From an uncultured virus (IMG/VR IMGVR_UViG_3300022660_003376) (taxonomy: Duplodnaviria; Heunggongvirae; Uroviricota; Caudoviricetes), in the IMG/VR virus record IMGVR_UViG_3300022660_003376: 64,000 nt of DNA; one strand, written 5' to 3'. The translations under genes were made by a program, and so were the position numbers. The notes beneath the pieces are model-generated. The model did not search any database, had not been told where the DNA came from, and worked only from the letters and a program-made list of their open reading frames with translations. Numbering within the stretch: position 1 is the first letter of the stretch; every line of letters starts with the position of its first letter. This document shows, one piece after another, positions 29,656 to 39,797 of this stretch.

Positions 29656-30753
29656 ATGCGATACGTATGTGGTAAATATTCGGATGATACTTATGAGTAT
29701 ATAGACCTAGATACAGGAAAGAAAACAGAAGTATCTTTAGAGGAGTTACTAAAAGCATCTTCAGAGACATACATCTACGGGGTATCTGAAAATGGCAAAG
29801 TAACTGCTTACAGTTCCCCTGAGAGTATATTAGCACAGTACAAAATGCGTGAGAAACTATCTAATAGTGATTCAGTTTTAGATATCGGATTTATAAATGG
29901 AACAGATTTTGTTATTAAGTCGGTGAGTGGTACATCTAGGGATAATGTAGTTATGCCTGATTTCATAACTGGTATAGTTGGTCATATGATGCCTGTTAGT
30001 TTTAGCAATATATCCAAAAGCCTTAAAAGCTTGGATAATTTAAGTATGTCTGAACAGGTAAGACATATTCATGTTCCAGATGGTATAACACAGATTAGGG
30101 CATTTTATAATCGTACTAAATTGACTAGTGTTAGACTTCCAAGTAGTTTACAGAAGATAGACTATCGTTGTTTTTATAACTGCACTAGTTTACAGAAAAT
30201 AATGTTACCTGATGCGTTGGAGGTGTTAGGTGATGATTCATTTAGGGATTGCACCTCTTTAGAGAGTATTATAATACCTGATACCGTTGAGTATGTAGGT
30301 TATAGTGCTTTCAGAGGTTGCACAAGCTTAAGATTTGCACGGTTATCTAGCAAAATTAATATGACTTGTAGTAGCATGTTTAAGAATTGCACAAGTCTTA
30401 CGGAAGTGGTTATACCAAACGGTATTGAGGTTTTAAATGGTACGTTCCCTAACTGTACAAGTTTACGTGAGATAACAATACCACCTAGCGTAACAAAGAT
30501 AGGTAATGGGGCATTCAGGGGTTGTACAAGCTTAGAAACGGTGCGAATACAGGGTATGTCTGGACGAGTGACTACGGGTGCATTTGATGGTTGCCCTAAT
30601 TTAAAGAGAGTAATATTCAAGAAGGGTTCAATGTATATGTATAAGGGCAGGCACTACGGTAGTTATGATTCGGAAACATTTAGTAAAGTAGGCAGATACG
30701 CTAGGTACTTATCGGAGTTTCCAAGTGATTGTGAAGTAATATTTGAGGAGTGA
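29656..30753 (+). CDS. BspA-type LRR protein with shared N-terminal module
   Basis: MRYV...IYGV...YKMREKL; FxxCTSL repeats. Confidence 0.9.
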   Translation: MRYVCGKYSDDTYEYIDLDTGKKTEVSLEELLKASSETYIYGVSENGKVTAYSSPESILAQYKMREKLSNSDSVLDIGFINGTDFVIKSVSGTSRDNVVMPDFITGIVGHMMPVSFSNISKSLKSLDNLSMSEQVRHIHVPDGITQIRAFYNRTKLTSVRLPSSLQKIDYRCFYNCTSLQKIMLPDALEVLGDDSFRDCTSLESIIIPDTVEYVGYSAFRGCTSLRFARLSSKINMTCSSMFKNCTSLTEVVIPNGIEVLNGTFPNCTSLREITIPPSVTKIGNGAFRGCTSLETVRIQGMSGRVTTGAFDGCPNLKRVIFKKGSMYMYKGRHYGSYDSETFSKVGRYARYLSEFPSDCEVIFEE

Positions 30754-30759
30754 TTATTT

Positions 30760-31361
30760 ATGCTATACTTATGCAAAGCTCATGGCGGTGATAAGTATAC
30801 TCTATTAGACACATCTAACGGACATAAGGAAGTTGTAACAAAATTAAGATTAAAACAATTAAGAGAAGTTGGCATCAAGGTTTATGGTGTTTCCAAGAAT
30901 TTCGAGGTAACAGTCTTTGAGACACCAGAGAAAATAATATCAAGTTACAAAATGCGGTGTATGTTGTGTAATATTTTTTGTCCTGAGATTAAAATAAAGT
31001 ATCTAGATAATGGAGGTTTTGATTTTACACTAAGTATAAACGGCACTGATAATGTGATATCCTCTGTTAGAATACCTGAGTTTGTAACCATGTTAAATAA
31101 AACACATTTGAGGGTATCACTGGGGTTGATACAGTTGTTATCCCAGACGGTGTAACTAAGATAGGTACAATGACATTCAATCGTTGTAGGGACTTACGCA
31201 CGGTGGTAGTTCCTAATAGTGTTACGTTAATTGAGAGTTATGCATTTAATGACTGTGATTCGTTGCGTGATATTTATATAATGAACAAGTTATCTGTTGT
31301 AGGGGTACTGAATAATGCATTTCCAAGTGGTGTACGCATAACACAGGGAGTTCCACACTAA
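30760..31361 (+). pseudogene. BspA-type LRR gene split by a 1-nt frameshift (ORFs 30760-31155 and 31170-31361)
   Basis: One extra A in the A4 run (31099-31102) restores MLNKNTFEGITGVDTVVIPDGVTKIGTMTFNRC. Confidence 0.75.
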
Positions 31362-31841
31362 AGTCTTACAAGATAGCATTTAATGCTGAGAAAAACACAG
31401 AGAAGAGACTTATCAAGTATATATTAATTTTATGTACATTTCCGTAACTATGGTTTATGTAAGTTTGAGTATAAGCCTAAGAGTTAGCTTTGATGAAACA
31501 ATATAAATAATCGGGTACTGGTTATAAATCAGCACTCCTTTTTATTTAACTAAAACAAATAATATTAGTTTATTTTATACAAATAAAGTTGTCATCATAA
31601 ACATCGATTAAACGAGTATTTAGAGGCATTTTTCGTGAGTTGAAAAAGTCGTATGCCTTAGAAAAGGCGATTTTTAAACAAGTTAAAATTTGTACCTATT
31701 TAAGAAAAGTGTTAAAAATACGCTAGATTTTCACATAAGTTTTTATATAAATTTCGGAGATTTTTTCTTTCAGTAAGTAGTATTTGTATAACTTTTAGTT
31801 GGGATTAAATAGATAAAAGGAAATGTTGAGGTGTATTAATT

Positions 31842-32861
31842 TTGCTGTATTTGAGTGGTGCTAAAGGAGATAAGTTACTACTAAACGATACAAGTTTGGT
31901 TGATTGTGCGAAGCGTTGGGTAACAACTGATATACTAGACACAGAGTATGCTAATAGAGTAGTCTACGGGTACTCTAACGGGTGTGTGACACAGTTTTTC
32001 AATTCACATATGGACGTTATAGCACAGTTTCAAATGAGAAACAGATTAATGAATTTGCCTGAGATAAAGCTAGATATACAAAGAAACTTTATTGGTGCGT
32101 TGGATATTATTGCGACTAGCGTAACAGGGGTATCTGGTTTAACTAGTTATAAATTTCCTGATTTCATTTCACATATTGGTTCGCAAGATAATCCTCTTTC
32201 TAAGTCAGGTCTTGGTCAGTGTGTTTTTGATGATGCTTCACAGCTAAGGACGGTAATACTACCCTCTGAGTTGCAATTTTTAGGAGACGATGTTTTTGCA
32301 AACTGTAGTTCTTTGACAACGGTTAAGTTGCCTGAAGCTTTGAAAGCAATAGGTATAGGTACATTTAAGAATTGCACAAGTTTAAGGGATATAAATATTC
32401 CGAGTTCTATTCACAGTATAGGTGCGTTGGCATTTGCGAGTTGCAAATCTATTGAGCATCTTGATTTACCTGCTAGTTTAGAGTTTATTGAGAGTCATGC
32501 TTTTACTGGCTGTGATGGTTTGACTTCTGTAAGCTTACCAGATAGTTTATATACTGTGAGCAATAGTCTACTTGAGTTTTGTTCTAACCTAAGGTCAGTC
32601 AGATTGCCACGTTTCCCTATCAAAGCAAAAGATAGAGCACAAGCAACATCTACGATTAAGGCACACGGTTATAAGTCTAGTTTAAATAAGGGTGTCTTTA
32701 GAGCGTGTACATCTTTAGAAGAGGTAGAAGTACCGATGGGGTATGACTATATAATGCAAGATGCTTTTTATGGGTGTGCTAATCTCAAACGTGTGCGAAT
32801 ACACGGCAAGCCTAAGGTGTTATGTAATTTTCCGAAACATACTATAGTGGAGGAGGTTTAA
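31842..32861 (+). CDS. BspA-type LRR protein with shared N-terminal module (TTG start)
   Basis: MLYL...VYGY...FQMRNRL; LRR repeats. Confidence 0.88.
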   Translation: MLYLSGAKGDKLLLNDTSLVDCAKRWVTTDILDTEYANRVVYGYSNGCVTQFFNSHMDVIAQFQMRNRLMNLPEIKLDIQRNFIGALDIIATSVTGVSGLTSYKFPDFISHIGSQDNPLSKSGLGQCVFDDASQLRTVILPSELQFLGDDVFANCSSLTTVKLPEALKAIGIGTFKNCTSLRDINIPSSIHSIGALAFASCKSIEHLDLPASLEFIESHAFTGCDGLTSVSLPDSLYTVSNSLLEFCSNLRSVRLPRFPIKAKDRAQATSTIKAHGYKSSLNKGVFRACTSLEEVEVPMGYDYIMQDAFYGCANLKRVRIHGKPKVLCNFPKHTIVEEV

Positions 32862-32863
32862 GT

Positions 32864-34015
32864 TTGTTTTACGTTAAGGATTTATCAGAAGACGGGTATA
32901 TTGTAGTTGATACTGAGGACTTATCTGAAGATGTAGTGACATTAGAAGAACTAAAGTTTGCTAAGGATAAGGGTATACATATTTATGGTGCTGAAGATTG
33001 TTCAAGGGTTGTAACATACACCTCACTAGATACTTTTTTCGACAGGTATAATTTTAGACGTAAGTTACTAGGGTTACCTGCTTATAGGTTATTTGCCGTA
33101 CCGAGACATGGTACAGCTTATTCTTCTGAGACAAAGGGCTTAGATATATTATTACTTGATGGTGATTACAGTGGTCTTGTTGTTGCGGATATACCTGATT
33201 TTGTGACGGTAATCAGTGAGTATGCGTTTTTTAACACGTCTATTGAAAAGGTGTATATACCTAGTAGCGTATACTTTATATGTACAAATGCCTTTTGTGG
33301 CTGTAATGGCTTGACTGAAGTATACATACTAGATACTGTTCGGAAGTTGAAAGAGAAGGTGTTTAGTGATTGCAAAAATCTACAGAGAGTACGTTTACCT
33401 AAGTCAGTAACGGAAATAACCGAGGGTATGTTTTCGGGTTGTACTAATTTAAAATGTGTGATAGCTGAGTCAGGGATACATACTATTGCGGAAGATGCTT
33501 TTAAGGACTGTGCTTCATTGACTTCAGTTTCTTCTAAGAGTATGTCTAGTGGTAGTGAAGGTGAGTTAGTTGTAGCCGATGAAGTAGTAATTGAGGATTT
33601 TGCATTTGGTAATTGTTCATCTTTAAAGAGTGTATCCTTAAGCCGAGTTGATTTTATGCTTAATTCTGCAACGGGTGTGTTTGTGTTTTTCAATTGCAAA
33701 TCTTTAGAGAGTTTTACGGCATTGAATTTCAATCTACAAGGTGAAGGTTTGTTCTTTGAGTGCCGTGCCCTCAAGGTATTTGATGTGCGAGATTATATGG
33801 ATGAAAGCGTTATAGCAAAGACTGTGTCTGATTGTCACAATTTAACGGAATTAAGACTACCTAGTAATTTGGCATACCTTAATACACAGCCTTTGAGATA
33901 TTTACCCAATTTAAGAAAAGTAGTAATCCCAGACCAATGTGTAGCAGAAGAAAGGTATTTACCTAGGTACTGTAAGCTTGAGAGATATTTTATTATAGAC
34001 TGCAATGGTTTTTGA
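32864..34015 (+). CDS. BspA-type LRR protein with shared N-terminal module (TTG start)
   Basis: MFYVKD..YIVVDT..IYGA...YNFRRKLLG; LRR repeats. Confidence 0.88.
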   Translation: MFYVKDLSEDGYIVVDTEDLSEDVVTLEELKFAKDKGIHIYGAEDCSRVVTYTSLDTFFDRYNFRRKLLGLPAYRLFAVPRHGTAYSSETKGLDILLLDGDYSGLVVADIPDFVTVISEYAFFNTSIEKVYIPSSVYFICTNAFCGCNGLTEVYILDTVRKLKEKVFSDCKNLQRVRLPKSVTEITEGMFSGCTNLKCVIAESGIHTIAEDAFKDCASLTSVSSKSMSSGSEGELVVADEVVIEDFAFGNCSSLKSVSLSRVDFMLNSATGVFVFFNCKSLESFTALNFNLQGEGLFFECRALKVFDVRDYMDESVIAKTVSDCHNLTELRLPSNLAYLNTQPLRYLPNLRKVVIPDQCVAEERYLPRYCKLERYFIIDCNGF

Positions 34016-34109
34016 GAGTTTGCATTAGTTCTTTTGTATAGAATGTTTTCTTTTATTGAGTTTTCGATAAGGGCTGAGGGAGGTATTAGAATACAATTAT
34101 GGATGTACT

Positions 34110-35500
34110 TATATAGTAGCAAATAATATTTAAAATAATAAAATATATATTGAAATTTTTATAAAAGAGGTGATCTGTAAAAAATGAGTGAATTAATAAC
34201 AGCTACAAGAGTAGAAAAACATGTAATCAAATCATCATGCAGTTATTTTTCTATGCTGATGGATTTCTGCCATAAGTCTAAAAATCTGTATAATCATGCA
34301 AACTATATCATTCGTAACAAGTTTACCAAAGAAAATATTTTAGTCAGTTACGGAGAACTTGATAAAATCCTGAAAAAAGACTACGACTATCCTGATTATC
34401 AAAGCATGCCCACCGCACAGACAGCACAACAAACGTTAAGACTGCTCTGCAAGAACTGGAAATCGTTTTTTATGAGTATAAAAGACTGGAAAAAACACAA
34501 AGATAAATATCTCGGCAGACCCAAACTACCGAAATATCTTAAAAAAGACGGTCAATATATCCTTATACTTACCAATCAGAACTGCAAACTACAGAACGGA
34601 AAAATCAAGTTTCCGAAAACATTCTGCGGTTTTGAAATAACTCCTGAATTTATTAAAAACGATAATGCAGTATCATTTCAACAGGTTCGTTTTTTGCCAA
34701 GAAGAAACAGAATAGTCGTGGAAGTGGTGTACACAGTAGCTGTTTTGGAAGAAAAGCCCGATAACAACAGATATATAGGAATTGATATAGGTGTGGATAA
34801 CCTTGCTACTGTTTGCAACAACATATCAGACAATGCTTTTATTATTAACGGTAAACCATTAAAGTCAATAAACAAATACTATAACAAAAAAATCAGTCAT
34901 TATCGAGAAGTTGCAAAAAGAATGAACAATAACGATTACTCTTTAAGAATGCATAAACTAACGGTAAAACGCAATTCAAAAATAGAAGATTATCTGCACA
35001 AAGCAAGCAGATATATCGTTGATTATTGCAGAGAAAACAACATCAATACCATTGTTGTAGGCAACAACAAAGAATGGAAACAACACGCTGATATTGGTCG
35101 GAAAAATAATCAGACTTTCGTGCAGATTCCTTTTACAAGATTTATAGATATGATTCGTTACAAAGCAGAAGAATATGGTGTAGCCGTCATAGAGACCGAA
35201 GAGAGCTATACAAGCGGAACGAGTTTTATAGATAATGAAGAACCGGTAAAAGAGAATTACAATAAATCCAGAAGAGTACACAGGGGTTTATTCAGATCAA
35301 ACGAAAATAAGCTGATAAATGCAGACTTAAACGGTGCATATCAGATATTAAAGAAAGTATTCCCAATAAAATGGGATATAGGGTGTGTGTTACACCCGGT
35401 TGTAGTAAACTTGGGTTAGTCCTGGGTTGAACAATAAATAAAATATGTTTTAATAAAATTTTATATTATTTTTATTAAGTTTAATATTTTTAATAACATA
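34110..35500 (+). mobile_element. IS200/IS605-family tnpB-only (IS1341-like) element; boundaries approximate
   Basis: Solo tnpB, A/C-rich composition unlike the G/T-rich backbone, AT-rich flanks, small hairpins at the 3' end. Confidence 0.7.
34184..35419 (+). CDS. tnpB: TnpB RNA-guided endonuclease
   Basis: SKNLYN, P.LPKY, RuvC-I IGIDIGVDNL, YLHKASR, EESYTS and RuvC-III NADLNGA. Confidence 0.9.
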   Translation: MSELITATRVEKHVIKSSCSYFSMLMDFCHKSKNLYNHANYIIRNKFTKENILVSYGELDKILKKDYDYPDYQSMPTAQTAQQTLRLLCKNWKSFFMSIKDWKKHKDKYLGRPKLPKYLKKDGQYILILTNQNCKLQNGKIKFPKTFCGFEITPEFIKNDNAVSFQQVRFLPRRNRIVVEVVYTVAVLEEKPDNNRYIGIDIGVDNLATVCNNISDNAFIINGKPLKSINKYYNKKISHYREVAKRMNNNDYSLRMHKLTVKRNSKIEDYLHKASRYIVDYCRENNINTIVVGNNKEWKQHADIGRKNNQTFVQIPFTRFIDMIRYKAEEYGVAVIETEESYTSGTSFIDNEEPVKENYNKSRRVHRGLFRSNENKLINADLNGAYQILKKVFPIKWDIGCVLHPVVVNLG

Positions 35501-35576
35501 GCTTAATAGTATTAAGGAGGTAAGTATATTATGTATTTTGTTCAGGAAAAGATTAGACGACTAGTGAGGTGAGGGT

Positions 35577-36416
35577 ATGTCTACAGTTACAAGTTTTATT
35601 AAGACTATAAAGCAACCATACGGCGGTTATTTACCTATAAAAGAGTTCGAGGTAACTGCATTAGGTGGTGGTATGATAGATACTATCGATGAGAACATAG
35701 CACCACAGCAAGTAGGTGTAGTTGTAGACTACCTAACACGTTTTGTTACTGGTAGCTCGGCTTTAGATGCTTTTAAAACTGCTTTAAATGGTGCTATTGC
35801 ATATTATATGTTTAGTATGAGTGAGTCTGAGGCACAGGGGCTTCTAAACTGTTCAGAAGAGAAAATAGCTCTGAAAGCGTTTAAATCGACTAACGTCTGG
35901 GATATGATACAGGGCTTAGATGGTTTAAGTGATAGCACTATAATAACTGCTTGTACGTTAGCTGAGTATGATGCTATTTACAGGTCATGTTGGGGGTGTA
36001 TCCACAATTATGAGGGTGTTGGTAAAATTATACCTAATACAACAACCATATCTCATATAAGGGAAATGGTATCGAGAATGGAGTCATTTTTTAATAAGAA
36101 TGGCTCTGTTGTAAGTAGTGGTTTTGACTTTGAGGGGGCGTATACACTAAATGTATCTAGAGGTGACGGTGATTTTCTAACTAAGGATACATTATGGGAT
36201 TGCAAGGTGTTTAAGTCAGAACCTAGAAGTTTGCATACTCTGCAGTTGCTTGTATATTATGTATTAGGTCAGCATACTAGAAGACCAGAGTTTAAGTCGA
36301 TAAAACGCTTGGGTATCTATAATCCACGAAAAGATAAGTCATATACTTTAGAAGTGTCTAAAATCAGTGATGCAACAATAAAGACGATAGAAAAATGTAT
36401 TGGTTATCGGGTATAA
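35577..36416 (+). CDS. Putative PD-(D/E)XK-family nuclease
   Basis: GDGDFL...LWDCK...HTLQLLVY (D...DxK...QxxxY pattern), then GIYNPR. Confidence 0.6.
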   Translation: MSTVTSFIKTIKQPYGGYLPIKEFEVTALGGGMIDTIDENIAPQQVGVVVDYLTRFVTGSSALDAFKTALNGAIAYYMFSMSESEAQGLLNCSEEKIALKAFKSTNVWDMIQGLDGLSDSTIITACTLAEYDAIYRSCWGCIHNYEGVGKIIPNTTTISHIREMVSRMESFFNKNGSVVSSGFDFEGAYTLNVSRGDGDFLTKDTLWDCKVFKSEPRSLHTLQLLVYYVLGQHTRRPEFKSIKRLGIYNPRKDKSYTLEVSKISDATIKTIEKCIGYRV

Positions 36417-36439
36417 AATAGTGAGAGGAGGTTTGGTTA

Positions 36440-37657
36440 TTGTATTATATCAAGAGTTTTTATGAAGATGAGTATGTAATAGTTAATACAAAAGATATGG
36501 CAACAAGGGTATTGTCCAAGCAGGATATACAAGATTGGATATCTAGGGGCAAGTACATCTATGGTATGTCTAACAACAAGAAAGTAGTAAACTGTTACTC
36601 GAACCCAGAGCAGATACTTAGTCAATATGAGATGCGTTGCAAGTTGGCAGGATTAGATGTTTTAAATATAACAATAGAACCGAACAATCTTGGTACGGGT
36701 GTAGAGTTTGTATTGCATAAAACAAGTGCAGACTTAGGTATCTCGGTTAGAATACCAGACTTTGTAACTGTAATAGATAACAGAACATTTGAGTCTAAGC
36801 ACAATTTAGCGGAAGTGCATATGTCTAAGTCAATATATGAGATAAAGGAGTTTGCATTCTATGATTGTAACTCCTTAAAGTCTATTCAGTTATATAATCT
36901 ACATAAGTTAGGCAAGTATGCTTTCTGTGGTTGTACAGGCTTAGAACACATAGATTTACCTGAAACTATGACAAAGTTAGGTTCATATGCTTTCTATAGG
37001 TGTTCAGCTTTAAAAGATATACAAATACCGAGGTTAGTACGCAAATTAGACCTTGGGGTATTTAGCGGTTGCAAACAACTGACTGACGTAGTTATGTATG
37101 AGGGTATCGAGTCTATTGGAGATAGTGCCTTTAGCGAATGCAAATCTCTAAGACAAATAAAATTACCTACTACATTACAAAGCATAGGTGCTGAAGCGTT
37201 TTCTTTATGCAAGCAGTTGGAGACAGTTACAATTCCAGATGGGGTTAAAATGATTGATGATGAGACTTTTTCTGGGTGTTTGAACTTAGGAAGCGTAACA
37301 TTGGGTTTAGGTGTTACACAGATAGGTTTTAAGGCTTTTACTGACTGTGAAAGCATAAAGACTGTTGAAATAAGGGGTACTTTGGAGAAGATTTTTATGC
37401 AGGCATTTGAAAATTGTTCTTCATTAGAGGGTATCTCTTTTAAGAATGGTTTAAAAATTATAGGTAAGGGTTGCTTTTGCGGATGTTCAAGATTATCTGA
37501 TGTTACCTTACCAGATAGTCTTTTAACTATTGGTAGTAATGCCTTTCACAAGTGCAGGGCATTAAAGAGTGTTGAAGTATCGGATGCTCTTTATAAAAAT
37601 GGTGTTGCTAATGCATTTGGTGCAGACGTTGAAATAATTGTTAAGGAGGGTAAATAA
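36440..37657 (+). CDS. BspA-type LRR protein with shared N-terminal module (TTG start)
   Basis: MYYIKS..YVIVNT..IYGM...YEMRCKLAG; about 12 LRRs. Confidence 0.9.
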   Translation: MYYIKSFYEDEYVIVNTKDMATRVLSKQDIQDWISRGKYIYGMSNNKKVVNCYSNPEQILSQYEMRCKLAGLDVLNITIEPNNLGTGVEFVLHKTSADLGISVRIPDFVTVIDNRTFESKHNLAEVHMSKSIYEIKEFAFYDCNSLKSIQLYNLHKLGKYAFCGCTGLEHIDLPETMTKLGSYAFYRCSALKDIQIPRLVRKLDLGVFSGCKQLTDVVMYEGIESIGDSAFSECKSLRQIKLPTTLQSIGAEAFSLCKQLETVTIPDGVKMIDDETFSGCLNLGSVTLGLGVTQIGFKAFTDCESIKTVEIRGTLEKIFMQAFENCSSLEGISFKNGLKIIGKGCFCGCSRLSDVTLPDSLLTIGSNAFHKCRALKSVEVSDALYKNGVANAFGADVEIIVKEGK

Positions 37658-38641
37658 ATGGCTGGTTCGGGGAATAAAAGTTTGAGTAAGGCTAGAGTCA
37701 CTAAGGATGATGAGTTTTACACACAAATCAGGGATATTGAGAATGAATTAAGACACTATAAAGACAGTCTTAAGGATGCAGTTATATTTTGTAATTGTGA
37801 TGACCCAGAGTACTCAAATTTCTGGAAGTACTTTCATTTAAATTTTGAGTTCTTAGGTCTTAAGAAGTTAATTACAACACATTTTGATGCGAAAGAGCCT
37901 ACATACAAGATGGAGTATGAGGGTGGAGATGACTCAAATGTTTCTGCAGGAGTAGTTACTCCCTTACGTCAGAACGGTGACTTTAGGAGTGAGGAGTGTA
38001 TTGAACTTCTTAAAGAAGCGACTATTGTTGTAACAAATCCGCCTTTTTCATTATTCCGAGAGTACGTTGCTCAGTTAATAGAGTATGATAAGCAGTTTAT
38101 AATCATAGGTAATCAGAACGCTATGACAGGTAAGGAAATATTCTCTTTAATACGCTCAAATCGTATGTGGCTTGGGTATCATTCGGGCGACATGGCGTTC
38201 CGTGTTCCTGCAGACAGCGAACCTAGGGAAACACGTTTTTGGGTAGACGAGACAGGTCAGAAATGGCGTTCTTTAGGCAATGCTTGTTGGTATACAAATA
38301 TTGATATATCCAAAAGACATGAACCTCTTGATTTAATAGAGAGATATGATGCGGAGAAGTATCCTAAGTTTGATAACTATGATGCAATCAACGTAAACAA
38401 GACTTTATCAATACCATGTGATTACTATGGTGTTATGGGAGTACCCGTTACGATGTTGCAATATCACTGTCCAGAGCAGTTTGAGATTATAGGTCATACG
38501 CATTCTGGAGATGATGATGAACGTGTTGAAGCTTTAAGGACAGATGAGAAAAATCGTCACAGGGGCTTGGTAAATGGAAAGCAGATTTATGATAGAATTT
38601 TAATAAGACGAAAGGATGGTAGTCAGGATGCAAATAGTTAA
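37658..38641 (+). CDS. Adenine-specific DNA methyltransferase, EcoRI-like family
   Basis: DDEFYT, CNCDDP..SNF, GDFRS.EC and catalytic VVTNPPFSLFR. Confidence 0.88.
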   Translation: MAGSGNKSLSKARVTKDDEFYTQIRDIENELRHYKDSLKDAVIFCNCDDPEYSNFWKYFHLNFEFLGLKKLITTHFDAKEPTYKMEYEGGDDSNVSAGVVTPLRQNGDFRSEECIELLKEATIVVTNPPFSLFREYVAQLIEYDKQFIIIGNQNAMTGKEIFSLIRSNRMWLGYHSGDMAFRVPADSEPRETRFWVDETGQKWRSLGNACWYTNIDISKRHEPLDLIERYDAEKYPKFDNYDAINVNKTLSIPCDYYGVMGVPVTMLQYHCPEQFEIIGHTHSGDDDERVEALRTDEKNRHRGLVNGKQIYDRILIRRKDGSQDANS

Positions 38642-39737
38642 AACACAGATTAAAATACGTGACCTTATAAAAGGATATGTAGATGATAAGCAAACAGGCA
38701 GGGTATCTGGTTATGACGGAAAACTCGATATAAGACCAGCGTATCAGCGTGAGTTTGTATACAAGGATAAACAGCGTGATGCAGTAATAGATACAATTGC
38801 AAAAGGTTTTCCATTAAACATAATATATTGGGCTAAAACAGGTGAGGATACTTTTGAGGTATTGGATGGTCAGCAGAGAACAATATCTATATGTCAATAC
38901 TGTAATGGTGAATTTAGTATAAACTTTAGGTATTTTCATAACTTAACGCAAGGCGAGAAAGATGCGATATTAGATTATCAGTTGGATGTATATCAATGTG
39001 AGGGTACTGATATAGAGAAGCTTGAGTGGTTTAAGATAATAAATATTGCAGGAGAGCGTTTATACGACCAAGAGTTAAGGAATGCTGTATATTCAGGCAA
39101 GTGGTTATCAGATGCAAAACGCAAATTCTCTGCAAGAAACTGTGCAGCGGAGCGTTTAGCTAAGAATTATATGAGAGGTACATCTATAAGACAGGACTAT
39201 TTAGAGTCGGTACTATACTGGATATCCTCAAAAGAGGGTACTACTATTGAAGACTATATGGCGAAGCATCAATTAGACGATAATTCAGGTGCGTTGTGGA
39301 CATATTTCACACAGGTTATTGCGTGGTTGCAGTCGATTTTCACTGAGTATCGCAGTGAAATGAAAGGCGTTGAGTGGGGCTTGCTATTCAATGAGTTTGG
39401 GGATAAATACCCTGATACTGCCGAGACTGAGGAAAAGATAAAGAAGTTAATGATGGATGACGATGTAACTGCAAAGAAAGGTATCTATGAGTATATACTT
39501 TCTGGCAGGGAGAAAGTTTTATCGATAAGGGCATTTACTGCTGGTATGAAACGTGAAGCATACGAGAGGCAGGGACATAAATGCCCTTATTGTACTAATG
39601 ACGGTATAGACAAGGAATGGCTCTTAGAGGAGATGGAGGGCGACCATATAACTCCGTGGCATGAAGGCGGTAAGACTATAGCAAGCAATTGTATGATGTT
39701 ATGTAAGGCACATAATAGACAAAAGGGTGGTCGTTGA
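38628..39737 (+). CDS. DUF262 (GmrSD N-terminal-like) plus HNH endonuclease
   Basis: IRPAYQREFVY, EVLDGQQR, F..IN; C-terminal CPYC...DHITPW..GG.T...N...LC..HN. Alternative start at 38616. Confidence 0.85.
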   Translation: MQIVKTQIKIRDLIKGYVDDKQTGRVSGYDGKLDIRPAYQREFVYKDKQRDAVIDTIAKGFPLNIIYWAKTGEDTFEVLDGQQRTISICQYCNGEFSINFRYFHNLTQGEKDAILDYQLDVYQCEGTDIEKLEWFKIINIAGERLYDQELRNAVYSGKWLSDAKRKFSARNCAAERLAKNYMRGTSIRQDYLESVLYWISSKEGTTIEDYMAKHQLDDNSGALWTYFTQVIAWLQSIFTEYRSEMKGVEWGLLFNEFGDKYPDTAETEEKIKKLMMDDDVTAKKGIYEYILSGREKVLSIRAFTAGMKREAYERQGHKCPYCTNDGIDKEWLLEEMEGDHITPWHEGGKTIASNCMMLCKAHNRQKGGR

Positions 39738-39797
39738 CATAAGTATATGCTTTAGTTGCCTTGTATAGAATATAAATCGAAAGTGACGGTGATTGCA

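Noticed and set aside
35577..36416. Cas4
   Set aside because: It has a PD-(D/E)XK-like core but lacks the C-terminal Fe-S cysteine cluster of Cas4.
37658..39737. A true EcoRI (GAATTC) system
   Set aside because: The partner is DUF262-HNH, not an EcoRI endonuclease; specificity cannot be read from the sequence.
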